Positions 29,702-39,466 of a DNA stretch of 64,000 bases are shown here, one piece after another. The notes beneath the pieces were generated by a model. It saw nothing but the letters and a program-made list of their open reading frames with translations. It was not told where the DNA came from and made no database searches. How positions within the stretch are numbered: the first letter of the stretch is position 1; each line of letters starts with the position of its first letter. The DNA is from Bacteroidota bacterium (lineage in GTDB: Bacteria; Bacteroidota; Ignavibacteria; UBA10030; UBA6906), in assembly GCA_035506295.1 (NCBI GenBank), contig DATJPR010000130.1, positions 2,414 to 66,413 on the forward strand, given 5' to 3'. A program made the translations under genes and the position numbers.

Positions 29702-32365
29702 ATGAAATATCGGCGTGTCCTTCTCATTTCCGAGCTCGGAAGCGATGCAAGTTTAGCGGTCGGCATGGTCCGGAGGGTGGCGCCGGCGGCCGAACTGCTG
29801 CTGGTGGTCGCTCATACGTCGGAGAGGAAATTCGCCTGGTTTTCGAGTGAAGACCCGGGAGATCTCAACGAGGCGGCAACCGCATCGATCGATGCTCTTC
29901 GGAAGTGGACGACTGGCGCGGCGACGAATGTGGAAGTCAACCTGGCGGCCGATCTCGACGCCGAAAATCTGGAGGAGGTCGCAGCCAGATCGGCGATCGA
30001 TCTTGTCGTCGCCTCGGGATTGCTCCCTTTGCGCATGATCGCTGTCCTCGCGGAGGTGCGCAAGCGGGCTTCCCTCCCGGTGTTGTGGAGTGCAGGAGCA
30101 CCACTGAGTGATCGTCCAATCAGGAACATCCGATGCGAGGCGATTGGCTCCCGCGCCCGTGCGGCGGTCGCTGCATTTCTTCGAGATCACGGCGATAGCA
30201 CCCTGCACGCGACCGTTGTCATGCTCGAATCGCAGATGCGCGACCGGGAGGCTGCTCTCAGCATCGCAGGCATCGAGGTGGAGGTGGATCTGGTGACGCC
30301 GGCCGCGGCGCGGAAAGGGACCATTGACCTGTTGGTGTTGCCTCGTTTTCCGTCCGTATTGCTGGAACCTCACTCCTGGCCAGCACCGATCCTCATCCTG
30401 CCCCCACTTCGCGCTCTTCCTCCGAGTTTCCGGCGAACGATCGATGTGGCGGATCTTGTCGATGACGGCGGCTTCATGCGCACAAGCATTCATTTCGCCG
30501 GCGGGATCGGTCGCTACGACCCCATCCCCGATGAGGAGGTAGCATTCGTGTCCGCTGGCCGGACCGTTGCTGTAGTCACAACGAGCTATGGTGTGGCAGA
30601 ACTCCCTCCCGTCCTCGCCGGCGCATCACTTGGAGTATTTCGCATCGGGGGACGCACGGACCCCGATCCGCTGGCGGCCATCGAGCAACGGGTCACAGTG
30701 ATCCGCCCGTGTACGAGCCCGCTTGTTCTGTTCGACGCTGAGCTTGCTGATCGCGACCTCGGATTGCTCGCTGGGCTCAGAGATCAGAAGACATTCGACC
30801 TGCTGGCTGTCCGCATGCGTCCGACGCGGAGCTGCGATTCGATCCGTGTGCGTTTGCGCAAGGTTGGGCTTTCGCCACAGGTGGCTGACGCCAGTGCCGT
30901 GCTGGATGAAGGAGCGGCGTTCGATGTGCCGGCAGAGGTAGATCCGGTGCGCCTGGCGCGTGTTGGGGCAAGAATGCGCGCGGCCGGGTTCCCTGTCGTC
31001 GCTATCGTCCACCGTGGACCACACACTCCCAGTACCATTGGCTTCGCAGCCGTGAGAGCCGAGGAGATTCGTGCGACGCCGATGACGTTCCATGCTCCGG
31101 CGCCAAACCCTCGGTCTCTGGACCGCCGTCTCGAGGCTACAACCGGCGCCGAACTTCTGCCAGGCAACCGCATCGAGATTGAAATGGACAACACGAAAGC
31201 GCGCCGCTGGCTGCTCGAAGCCATCGCCGCAAGCAGGGAGCGTGTGCATTTGCAGCTCTACATGGCATTGGATGACGACGTCGGCGAGCCGGTGGAGGCG
31301 GCGCTTGCCGCGGCCGGCGCCCGGGGGGTAGCTGTGCGAGTGGTTGTCGATTCGCTGCACGGATTCGAGGGTTCATACGGCACGCACAATCCGCTGCTCG
31401 AGCGGCTTGGTGCTCGCCCTGGTGTGGAGCTGCGCGTCTCGCGACCCCTGACCGGGGTTCCCTCGCTCGAGGATCTCAAGCAGCGGGACCACCGCAAAGT
31501 TGCCGTGATCGACGGTGCGATCGCCCTCCTTGGAGGACGCAATCTCTCCCACGAGTACTACACCGGCTTCGACGAAGTGAAGCTCACGCCGAATTCAAAG
31601 TGGCGCCAGGTGCCATGGCTTGACGCCGGCGCGCGGGTGGAGGGTCCGGCTGTTGCTGCGATGGAGCGTTCGTTTCTCGATGCCTGGACCGTGGCGGGAG
31701 GCCATTCGTATCAAATCCTCGAGCAGCCGGCTGTCGGATCGTCATCGGCGCGCGTTGTCGTGCATCATGGGCTGCGAGACGCCTGTTCACTTGAGGTCTA
31801 CCTGGCGCTCATCGAGACGGCCACCACCAGCGTGTACGCTGTCAACGGTTTTCCACTGATCCTGGAGATCCAACATGCGCTTCTGCGCGCGATCAGGAGG
31901 GGTGTCCGGGTGCGGGTGCTTTTCGGGAACCTCACACCGACGCATGACGGCATACCATTCGAAGGGCAGTGGTCCACGGCGCGGATTGCGGCGACGGAGT
32001 TAGTGCACTCTCGAGTCGATGCGATCGTTGCAGCCGGCGGCGAGTGTTATCAGTTCGCCGTGCGCGAGCAGCCTGGCTGGATGCCCGGGCTCGGCGTGGT
32101 GAACCCTCATGTTCATGCCAAAGTCATGAGCGTGGACGGCCGAGTCTGCTCTGTCGGCAGCGCGAACCTCGACATCACCGCTGGATACTGGGAGAATGAG
32201 GTGATGCTTATCGTGGAGGACGAATCGATTACCTGCAGGCTCGAGACGCGCATCGACCAACTGATCGGCGATTCGCAGCGCGTCGATCGCGACAACCCGA
32301 AGTGGCAACTTACGGCCCGGCGTCGCAAATGGATGCAGCGTTGGCCGGGCGTGCTGTCCGTCTGA
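29702..32365 (+). CDS. Large fusion protein: two N-terminal USP-like (adenine-nucleotide alpha-hydrolase-like) regions, an unassigned middle region and a C-terminal dual-HKD phospholipase D/cardiolipin-synthase-like domain
   Basis: Two HKD motifs: HRKVAVIDGAIALLGGRNL and HAKVMSVDGRVCSVGSANLD. The N-terminus shows USP-like strand patterns (RVLLISELGSDAS...ELLLVVAH...IDLVVASG...PVLWS, repeated once). Very Ala/Arg/Val-rich. Confidence 0.8.
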   Translation: MKYRRVLLISELGSDASLAVGMVRRVAPAAELLLVVAHTSERKFAWFSSEDPGDLNEAATASIDALRKWTTGAATNVEVNLAADLDAENLEEVAARSAIDLVVASGLLPLRMIAVLAEVRKRASLPVLWSAGAPLSDRPIRNIRCEAIGSRARAAVAAFLRDHGDSTLHATVVMLESQMRDREAALSIAGIEVEVDLVTPAAARKGTIDLLVLPRFPSVLLEPHSWPAPILILPPLRALPPSFRRTIDVADLVDDGGFMRTSIHFAGGIGRYDPIPDEEVAFVSAGRTVAVVTTSYGVAELPPVLAGASLGVFRIGGRTDPDPLAAIEQRVTVIRPCTSPLVLFDAELADRDLGLLAGLRDQKTFDLLAVRMRPTRSCDSIRVRLRKVGLSPQVADASAVLDEGAAFDVPAEVDPVRLARVGARMRAAGFPVVAIVHRGPHTPSTIGFAAVRAEEIRATPMTFHAPAPNPRSLDRRLEATTGAELLPGNRIEIEMDNTKARRWLLEAIAASRERVHLQLYMALDDDVGEPVEAALAAAGARGVAVRVVVDSLHGFEGSYGTHNPLLERLGARPGVELRVSRPLTGVPSLEDLKQRDHRKVAVIDGAIALLGGRNLSHEYYTGFDEVKLTPNSKWRQVPWLDAGARVEGPAVAAMERSFLDAWTVAGGHSYQILEQPAVGSSSARVVVHHGLRDACSLEVYLALIETATTSVYAVNGFPLILEIQHALLRAIRRGVRVRVLFGNLTPTHDGIPFEGQWSTARIAATELVHSRVDAIVAAGGECYQFAVREQPGWMPGLGVVNPHVHAKVMSVDGRVCSVGSANLDITAGYWENEVMLIVEDESITCRLETRIDQLIGDSQRVDRDNPKWQLTARRRKWMQRWPGVLSV

Positions 32366-32381
32366 CGGATGAATTGCAGAT

Positions 32382-33380
32382 TCAGGCCTGATCGCCGAAC
32401 TCGGTAATCTGATCCTTTGGGCGGAGTGCGGAAATGTAATGGTGCGGGCCATGGTCGTTCATTGAGTATCGTGAAGCGTTGCGGCGCTTCGTGGTTGCGA
32501 AAAACGCCAGGAGGGAGCGTGGAATCTCGCTGAACCCTTTGAGCTGAGCCACCGGCTTGTCCGATGACTTCCACTCACCGTTTACGAATCGGTACTCGTG
32601 TCCGAAATGGGCGAAGCGCCCCCAGGCCAGAGGGGGAAGAGCAGGGACGGGATCGCAGGCGTAGATGTGACGAAACACCTTCTGTGCGACTGCGCGCGCG
32701 ACTTCAGGCAACGGCTCGCCCGCCGCCATGGGCTGACCGAAGGTGTAGACGGCGCGCAACTTGTCGGTGATCGCACGTTCTTCCGTGCGCCCTGCGAGCG
32801 ACAATGAGAAGAGCGCCGCCATAGCGCCGCCGAGACTGTGGCCCGTCACGTACAAGGCCTGCATCGGATACTTGAGAATACGCTTGGGCTTCGAAAGGGA
32901 CCTTCCCCGCAGAGCGAGATGTAACTCGTTGATGATCGCCCGTTGCGTGGCACGGACGTTCCTATAGAACCCGGAATGGACGATGAGCGTTTCGCCACCG
33001 AGCGCGAGCGAAGCAGAGCCTACGTCAGCGTCTGTCAGCCAGTTCCCGAGGGAGTCCGGCTCGGTGCCTCGATAGCTAAGGATCACCACCCGGCCGCAGC
33101 GGCTCTGCACGAGATATGCGGTCGAAAAAATGAACATGGCGTCGACTATCTGCTCCACACGGACACAGGAGTTTTCCTCGAGGCCGAGTCTGGACATGAT
33201 TGAGGCCATGGTCTCGATATCTGAGTACGAGTAACCGGCAGCGGTAGCGAGTACGTGCGCCACCGTGGCGTCGCGTTCGGAGAGATTGCCTTCGTGCGCG
33301 GCGAGAAGATTCGGCACGAGATTGGCGTAGACGGGAAACGGGCGGCCGCATCTTCCGCCCATGCGACGCTCCAGATTCAT
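32382..33380 (-). CDS. Class 3 (Lipase_3) alpha/beta-hydrolase lipase
   Basis: Nucleophile elbow VTGHSLGGAMAAL, preceding HSGF, and downstream YTFGQP and DPVP. Start placed at MNLERRMGG (33380). No signal peptide is seen. Confidence 0.8.
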   Translation of the reverse strand: MNLERRMGGRCGRPFPVYANLVPNLLAAHEGNLSERDATVAHVLATAAGYSYSDIETMASIMSRLGLEENSCVRVEQIVDAMFIFSTAYLVQSRCGRVVILSYRGTEPDSLGNWLTDADVGSASLALGGETLIVHSGFYRNVRATQRAIINELHLALRGRSLSKPKRILKYPMQALYVTGHSLGGAMAALFSLSLAGRTEERAITDKLRAVYTFGQPMAAGEPLPEVARAVAQKVFRHIYACDPVPALPPLAWGRFAHFGHEYRFVNGEWKSSDKPVAQLKGFSEIPRSLLAFFATTKRRNASRYSMNDHGPHHYISALRPKDQITEFGDQA

Positions 33381-33769
33381 CAGGGTAGCCTTTCCACAGG
33401 AACGCAGTAATACTGTATGATGATAATCACTCGAAATGCAACTAGGGGTCGAAGCCGAATTCCTTAATACCTGCCCAGGAAAAGCTTCGCAAGACAAGAG
33501 CTACCTTGACATTGGCACAGACTCAATAGTCCGACCACTTAACCATGCAAAATATGGTCAGAGCATTTCGCGGGGGTCAAACGCGGGAATAGTACTCGGT
33601 TGAATGGTCCCTGCTGCTGTCATTTCCCGGTGTGCTAATCGCGAAGAGAATTTACCGGGTTTCATCCCGAGATTCAACATCTCTATGGTGGTCCCGCCCC
33701 AGCGAAGCACCGGTTCGTTAGGGGGTGAACGGGCCACCGATTTCGTATACACCTAAGAAAGGATGGCGC

Positions 33770-34513
33770 ATGTCTCGTCTCGTTATCTTTGGCGCAACAG
33801 GATCCCTCGGCAGTCACGTGCTTCACCTGGCGTTAGCCGCCGAACACCAAGTCACGGTTTTCGTCCGCAACCCCTCAAGGTTGTCGCCTCAGGCTCAAAC
33901 GCAAGTTACAGTACTCAGCGGTGATCTCAGCACTCTCGCGGCCGGTGATGTTGCTCAGCTCGTCAGCGGGCACGATGCCGTTATCAACTGCGCAGGCCGA
34001 GTCAATGAAGGTCAGACCTTCGTGGACCTCATCGATCGGCTCGTCACCGGAGTGGAGTCAATTCCCAACGACATGCGGCCGGTTTGCTGGTTCATTGCAG
34101 GTGTGGCGATCCTGGACCTCGACTCCGCGGGCCGCAAAGGCGTTGACCTGCCCCGTGTCAAATCCACCTACTGGCCCCACAGAGTCAACTTTCAGCGCCT
34201 TGCCCGGTCGGGGTTGAACTGGCGTCTCCTGTGTCCGGGGCCCATGGTCGAGGAGCCGGCGCTTGGCCTGAATCGTCTTCGGATCACACTTGACAGATTG
34301 CCCGTCGAACTCCCCGCGTTCGCGCGCTCGCTTCCCGGTCCGTTGATGCTGCCGCTCTTTGCACACGTTATCCCCGAGATGATCGTCCCGTACGCCGACG
34401 CGGCAGCTCTCATGCTAGCAAACCTCCGGGACGACAGCATGGCGCGTCACCGGGTTGGTCTCGCGCTGCCGCTTGGCACGCGCGGCAAGAAGTCCCAGTG
34501 GGCCGCCAGATAG
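33770..34513 (+). CDS. NAD(P)H-binding (atypical SDR / NmrA-like) protein
   Basis: Start MSRLVIFGATGSLGSHV (GxxGxxG). Confidence 0.75.
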   Translation: MSRLVIFGATGSLGSHVLHLALAAEHQVTVFVRNPSRLSPQAQTQVTVLSGDLSTLAAGDVAQLVSGHDAVINCAGRVNEGQTFVDLIDRLVTGVESIPNDMRPVCWFIAGVAILDLDSAGRKGVDLPRVKSTYWPHRVNFQRLARSGLNWRLLCPGPMVEEPALGLNRLRITLDRLPVELPAFARSLPGPLMLPLFAHVIPEMIVPYADAAALMLANLRDDSMARHRVGLALPLGTRGKKSQWAAR

Positions 34514-34576
34514 CCAGAAGCGGCCTGACACCTGAATGAAGAGGAAGGGCCCGCATTCGTAGAGTGAACTAGATTC

Positions 34577-34616
34577 GATCACGTCGAGGCCACACTGGCA
34601 GTGTGTCGAGTTGATC
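34577..34616. repeat. Imperfect 40-nt inverted repeat with perfect core CACACTG-g-CAGTGTG
   Basis: Read directly. The arms GATCA/TGATC, TCGA/TCGA and CACACTG/CAGTGTG pair. A T9 run follows at 34628-34636. It lies 64 nt after the stop of the preceding gene, at a compositional break. Confidence 0.5.
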
Positions 34617-34910
34617 TCCAAAGGGTGTTTTTTTTTGTCTTCGTCGAAAGTTACAGGAACATTATGTCAACCCAAGAATTGATTCCCGGTCGAGGAGCAC
34701 CCTCTTTGTGCAGCGAGTTTTCCTCTCCCCATGGTGGTCAAAGGCGGAGTGAGTTGCCTGTCCAGATATGGTGGCACAGAGTCTTCGAGCATAAACGCAT
34801 CAGATCACAAATGCTTAACAATTTCATTATCCGGTGGTCACATCTGATGATTACATTCATGGCACACACAACCCTCCAATCCGCATGGGAGTCCAAAGCC
34901 TTGAAGTAGA

Positions 34911-35267
34911 ATGCTTGGAGGATGCATCGAACATGAAAGGAAGTCCAACGTGGCGACCAGGGATGAAATCCTTCAGGCTACTCATGAACGGTACAGTGAG
35001 TACCAGCACAAATGGTCGGAGCTTCGCCGGGAACAGGGAATGGGTGCGCTGGTCTTCATGTCAGATGAGGTCTCCATCGGCGAGGATGCGATAGAATTCG
35101 AGTATTGGACATTTGATGAACTTCGCGGCCATTTCCGCAGAATGCAGGAGTGTGACGAGACAATCAACAAATGGCTGGCATACGCACAGCGAGAAGGAGG
35201 ATATCCCGTAATGATAATGTGCCGGACTCCCAGTCTCGTTTCGATCAGACCACCCTCCTCGGCGTAA
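34911..35267 (+). CDS. Hypothetical protein
   Basis: 118-aa ORF with no motif. An internal GTG at 34950 preceded by GAAAGGAAG is an alternative start. Confidence 0.35.
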   Translation: MLGGCIEHERKSNVATRDEILQATHERYSEYQHKWSELRREQGMGALVFMSDEVSIGEDAIEFEYWTFDELRGHFRRMQECDETINKWLAYAQREGGYPVMIMCRTPSLVSIRPPSSA

Positions 35268-35398
35268 GGAGAGAGAATGTCATTCCCCTGGAGTGCAAGT
35301 GTAATCGAGTGGATGTTACAGGCTGAAACCCGAACGGCTGAAGAACATATCCTCCGCGGCAGGAATATCGACCTTTGATCATAGAAGAAGAACTTCTC

Positions 35399-36010
35399 TC
35401 AGAGTCTTCCTAGAACACACACCGCGGAGACTGGTTTCATGATCTTCTTTTCGATCGATACGTTCCTGCATCCAGCCCTGACAAGGCAATCTGCAAATAA
35501 CCTTCCTGCTCGATCTGTGTCGGCGTCTGTCGAACCTGGATTTCTTGGCTGATGGGCAAGAACGATGAGCCCTCCCGGGGACAGGTGAGTCATAATCCTC
35601 TTCAAGTCGTCGACCTGTGATTCCCAAAATTGAAATGAATTGACATCAAGAATCTTGTCGATTGACACCTCCGGGAGCAGTACGCTTGAGGCAGATCCTA
35701 GCAACAAGGTGACTTTCCCTTCTGATATCGCCGCTCTATTTCTCTTGGATGCCTGCTCGAACATGACCTCAGAATGATCAATCCCCCAAATGGCACCTTT
35801 TGTTATGATTTCGTTCATCTTCTGAATCGCGATGCCAGGGCCAAAGCCGATTTCCAGAACTCGATCATTCGGGTGTAGGTTCAGACAAGATATTGCCCAG
35901 AGAATTCTCTCCTTGTTTGACGCACGTTTGGCCATGATCATCCCCGCTACAATTCCCAGGAGGCCACTAGGTTTTCCAAATTGTGATGAGACTGCTTTCC
36001 AAAGTCCCAC
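35399..36010 (-). CDS. Class I SAM-dependent methyltransferase
   Basis: Motif I VLEIGFGPG, and a post-I/II pattern with LSPGGLIVLA. Confidence 0.8.
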   Translation of the reverse strand: MGLWKAVSSQFGKPSGLLGIVAGMIMAKRASNKERILWAISCLNLHPNDRVLEIGFGPGIAIQKMNEIITKGAIWGIDHSEVMFEQASKRNRAAISEGKVTLLLGSASSVLLPEVSIDKILDVNSFQFWESQVDDLKRIMTHLSPGGLIVLAHQPRNPGSTDADTDRAGRLFADCLVRAGCRNVSIEKKIMKPVSAVCVLGRL

Positions 36011-36468
36011 GATTATGCTCCTTTGCTCTTAAGACGATTGGGGAAGCAGAATATTGTATTTCAATCCTGTCGGGGTGCACATTCTCAGTCTGGGTAGTCA
36101 ACTCACCGAACGAAACAAAGAGAACGTTTGCTCCGTGATATTGCCGATCCAAACAAGGTGAACCAAGACTCATTCTGATGCTACCGCACGTGCTCGCTGA
36201 GTGTTCGACGCCAGGAAGAGAAGTAACAATTTGGCAATCGAGTCATAATTCTGGCGCAACGATCCTTGCGTATATTTTTAGTCTGTCGGCTGCAAATGTC
36301 ATTGTGCCAGACGCTTGCCATTTGCGAATGGAATATGGTATGCCCTGCTCATCAGAATCTAGGATATGTGTCTGTCTTGACCGGAACTCGTCCTTCCGAT
36401 GATCGCCAGATCCCCGGGAAGATGGCTAAACATTGCGATCCTTCTTCGAAACTCGTCAGGAGCCAAAA

Positions 36469-37467
36469 GTGAATAGAAATCCCGCAGCACCAAAACCGAT
36501 AATTCTGTTTGTAGGTTTGATTCTGTTGTTCGGACCACTATTCCCACGTCTGAATGCCCAATCAACTGAAGGTCCTTCCAATCACCTTACTGTTGGCACG
36601 GGATCCCTTAATTTTCTCGTCATCAGTGATTGGGGGAGGGACGGAATCAATGACAGGGACCACAAGACCCCAGGTCAACTGAAAGTCGCGCATCAATTCG
36701 GCGCGACGGCCAGGCAGGTCAATGCGTCTTTCGTCGTAACGTGTGGGGACAACTTCCATGGGAAAGGGGTGTCAACCCCAACGGACCCGCTTTGGGCTGA
36801 GAACTTTGAACACGTCTATGGCGATGAATCCCTAATGATCCCTTGGTACATTACTCTTGGAAATCATGACTACGAGGGGAATGTCGAGGCGGAACTTGAA
36901 TACGCCAAAGTGAGCAAAAGATGGGTTCAACCCGCTCGATATTATGCGTTCACAAGGGAGCTGCCAGGAGCCGTCGGAATTCTCTTTGTGGTCCTCGACT
37001 CCTCTCCCCTCATCGAAGAATACCAGCATGAGAAGAACGACCAGCATCATGTTAAGGGTCAGGATACTACCGCACAGATTCATTGGTGTGATAGTGTTCT
37101 GGCCGCGTCAGTGGCACGATGGAAGTTTGTCTTTTTCCACCATCCAGCTTTCTCAGCATCTTCTGTCCATGGGAGCACTTTAGAAATTCAAAGGGCGTTT
37201 GTCCCGTTGTTCAAGAAGTACCACGTTGATGCATGTTTCTCTGGTCACGACCACGACTTGCAACACTCGCATCCAGAAGGATCCACGGTGGAGTACTTCG
37301 GTGTCGGTGGTGGATCAGAATCACGGCCGACCGGGCATGCAGTTTTCACGAAGTACAGCAATGCCTCACTTGGCTTTGGTGTCGTCTCAGTGAGTTCCAG
37401 CACCACGAGATTTAGTTTTGTCAATGCAAACGGTGAGCAAGTATACACATATGAGATTCGAAAGTAG
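36469..37467 (+). CDS. Secreted purple acid phosphatase-like metallophosphoesterase (ACP5-like)
   Basis: Motifs ISDWG, CGDNFH, GNHDY, FFHHP, GHDHDLQH. The track start 36433 is a TTG. GTG 36469, 6 nt after AGGAG, gives a signal-peptide-like N-terminus. Confidence 0.85.
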   Translation: MNRNPAAPKPIILFVGLILLFGPLFPRLNAQSTEGPSNHLTVGTGSLNFLVISDWGRDGINDRDHKTPGQLKVAHQFGATARQVNASFVVTCGDNFHGKGVSTPTDPLWAENFEHVYGDESLMIPWYITLGNHDYEGNVEAELEYAKVSKRWVQPARYYAFTRELPGAVGILFVVLDSSPLIEEYQHEKNDQHHVKGQDTTAQIHWCDSVLAASVARWKFVFFHHPAFSASSVHGSTLEIQRAFVPLFKKYHVDACFSGHDHDLQHSHPEGSTVEYFGVGGGSESRPTGHAVFTKYSNASLGFGVVSVSSSTTRFSFVNANGEQVYTYEIRK

Positions 37468-37502
37468 CTGTCCCACGGGAAAGAATTCCGCCGGCTCATA
37501 GC

Positions 37503-37709
37503 TCGGCAGGCAATCGAGCAAAGATCATGGTTCGCTCAAAGGCTGATACGAACTCGTTGGATGAAGACGGGCTGACACAGGCATTCCTGAAGGCCCGGGG
37601 TACCTCCAGAGAAATCTCTGAAGGGGTCATGTCTGAAGTAATAGGTTTTGCCGGGGGATCGGCGCAGGCGGACGACATCTCTCTCGTGTGCGCTTACCGA
37701 AAACGATGA
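37503..37709 (+). pseudogene. C-terminal fragment of a PP2C/SpoIIE-family phosphatase gene
   Basis: The open frame encodes ...LDEDGLTQAFLKARGTSREISEGVMSEVIGFAGGSAQADDISLVCAYRKR. This follows the C-terminal SpoIIE pattern (partner-domain end ...F.G....DDITLV), as in the intact paralog ending ...PLEDDLTIVVAKV at 41942. The frame is closed by a stop 36 nt after the preceding gene, so the catalytic domain is absent. Confidence 0.5.
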
Positions 37710-38139
37710 CCGCCCATCGTCTCCCTTCCCGGAAACCTTCACCTTTGTTTGGGTGGAAGCAGCAACTAGGCGACGGTCAGTTCCACGAACAAAGGTGGAA
37801 GCTTCATTTTTCGGGGCCTCCTTCTCAGGAGAGACTTCACAGTGTTGACGAACTGCCGTGGATGATCGGAAGCTGGAGGATGAAACTTGTGGAATTCGTG
37901 GGTTTAGGTGGGCTAGACTTCATGCCTATCGTGCTGAAGCTGCCGCCCAGGTTCAGCACTATCGAATTGACGCCCGGAAAGAAATGAATGAGGTCCTCTA
38001 CTTCTGTCGTACTGGATTCCGACGCCTGGCGAGGAGGCAAAGGGGACTTCCCGGACTCACGAATGGAAATTGACACTCGGCACGGACCGGCATTGTGTTC
38101 TTTTATCGATGATGTTTGCCGTTGGGTCCGATTTCTCCC

Positions 38140-38421
38140 TTAGCCTTCATGTGTCGGGGCTGTCTTAGTCGAACCCTTCTCCTTGCTGCGAGGTTCGCGC
38201 TTTCGCGTTGCGCGTGGAGATGCTGTTTTTTTCTCTGCGCCGCGGATGGGTTGTGTTTTTGCCACGATACGTTTGATTGCCTTCCCCGCTTTCCGCAAGT
38301 GCTTGTGAATAAACGAAAGATCCTTCTTTCCCGCGTCGTCCAGCTTCAGGTGGTTCTGATGGATCTCCGCAACAAGACGATGGATATCACGGAGCAGTGC
38401 GACGGCTGCGACCTTCGACAT
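38140..38421 (-). CDS. Hypothetical basic protein (helical N-terminus, Lys/Arg-rich tail)
   Basis: 93-aa ORF. Its sequence is more protein-like than the antisense 123-aa ORF. No motif. Confidence 0.3.
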   Translation of the reverse strand: MSKVAAVALLRDIHRLVAEIHQNHLKLDDAGKKDLSFIHKHLRKAGKAIKRIVAKTQPIRGAEKKTASPRATRKREPRSKEKGSTKTAPTHEG

Positions 38422-38941
38422 ATGGTGCCCTTTCTTCTGGTCTTAATTGCAGATGATATGCGGTTCCCCCACGAAAGTCAAGAATAGGCCCACTCGGTGA
38501 TGTCTTAATCAGAACTGAAGAGCTGGAGATGGGCCGTTTTCCGCATTGGATTGTTTTCGAGCTGGCACTGATGGTCAAAATTGAAGAGCCATGCGTGGCA
38601 ATCACTCCAATGATCGCTGTGCTATATTCGGTAAAAAGCTCCAAGCGGATATCTCCACCCCGCAGTTCGACGGGAGAATTGTTTGACGATCTTAGGTTGC
38701 TACATTGCTGTCGGTCCTTCGAGTCTTTCTCCTTGCTGGTTTTGATGTGGTAGTCTGCGTATTATACCCAGTCATGTTCATCGCCAATTCTCGATCGGGT
38801 TTTGACTCCTGGTCAGAAGGGAAGGGGCCAGGTCCAAGAGCCGAAAAACTGTTCGGGAGAGTTGTAACACCCGCTGCCATGTCGCAGTGTTTTCCAGGGG
38901 CCGCGAGGCACCGATTTCGAAAGAAAGGACTGCCATAATTC

Positions 38942-39466
38942 ATGGAGACATCATTGCCCTGGTTCTTCTGGGCATTTCCACTCGCGTTTTCAATCCACAA
39001 CCTGGAAGAGGCGATCTGGCTTCCCGCATATTCGAAGTCGGCCGGGAAGTTCCACAAACCCGTCGGCACGTTTGAGTTCGTCTTCGCCCTGGTCGTCATC
39101 ACCCTGCTGGCAGTCATCATCACTCTTCTGTTCTTCCTCAAGGGGAGACAGAGCATTGCCTGTTATCTGTTCTTCGCTTACAATTTCGGGATGTTGATCA
39201 ATGTCTTTTTCCCGCACATCATTGCGACGATAGCGCTCCGCCGCTATTGTCCCGGGCTCGGGACCGGGATACTGCTCCTTGCGCCGACAACCATCTATCT
39301 TCTACAATATGGCTACAGGAACGAGTATATCTTGTTCCCGACATTCTGGCTTGTCACCATTCCATTTGCAGTAGTCGTTGTTGGATCGCTCCCGCTACTC
39401 TTCAGAATTGGACGGTGGTTGCAGCAGAGGTTGAGCTCGGCCCGCGGTCATTCTGCCCCGCGCTGA
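38942..39466 (+). CDS. HXXEE domain-containing membrane protein
   Basis: N-terminal FPLAFSIHNLEEAIW (HxxEE) and 4-5 TM helices. Confidence 0.7.
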   Translation: METSLPWFFWAFPLAFSIHNLEEAIWLPAYSKSAGKFHKPVGTFEFVFALVVITLLAVIITLLFFLKGRQSIACYLFFAYNFGMLINVFFPHIIATIALRRYCPGLGTGILLLAPTTIYLLQYGYRNEYILFPTFWLVTIPFAVVVVGSLPLLFRIGRWLQQRLSSARGHSAPR

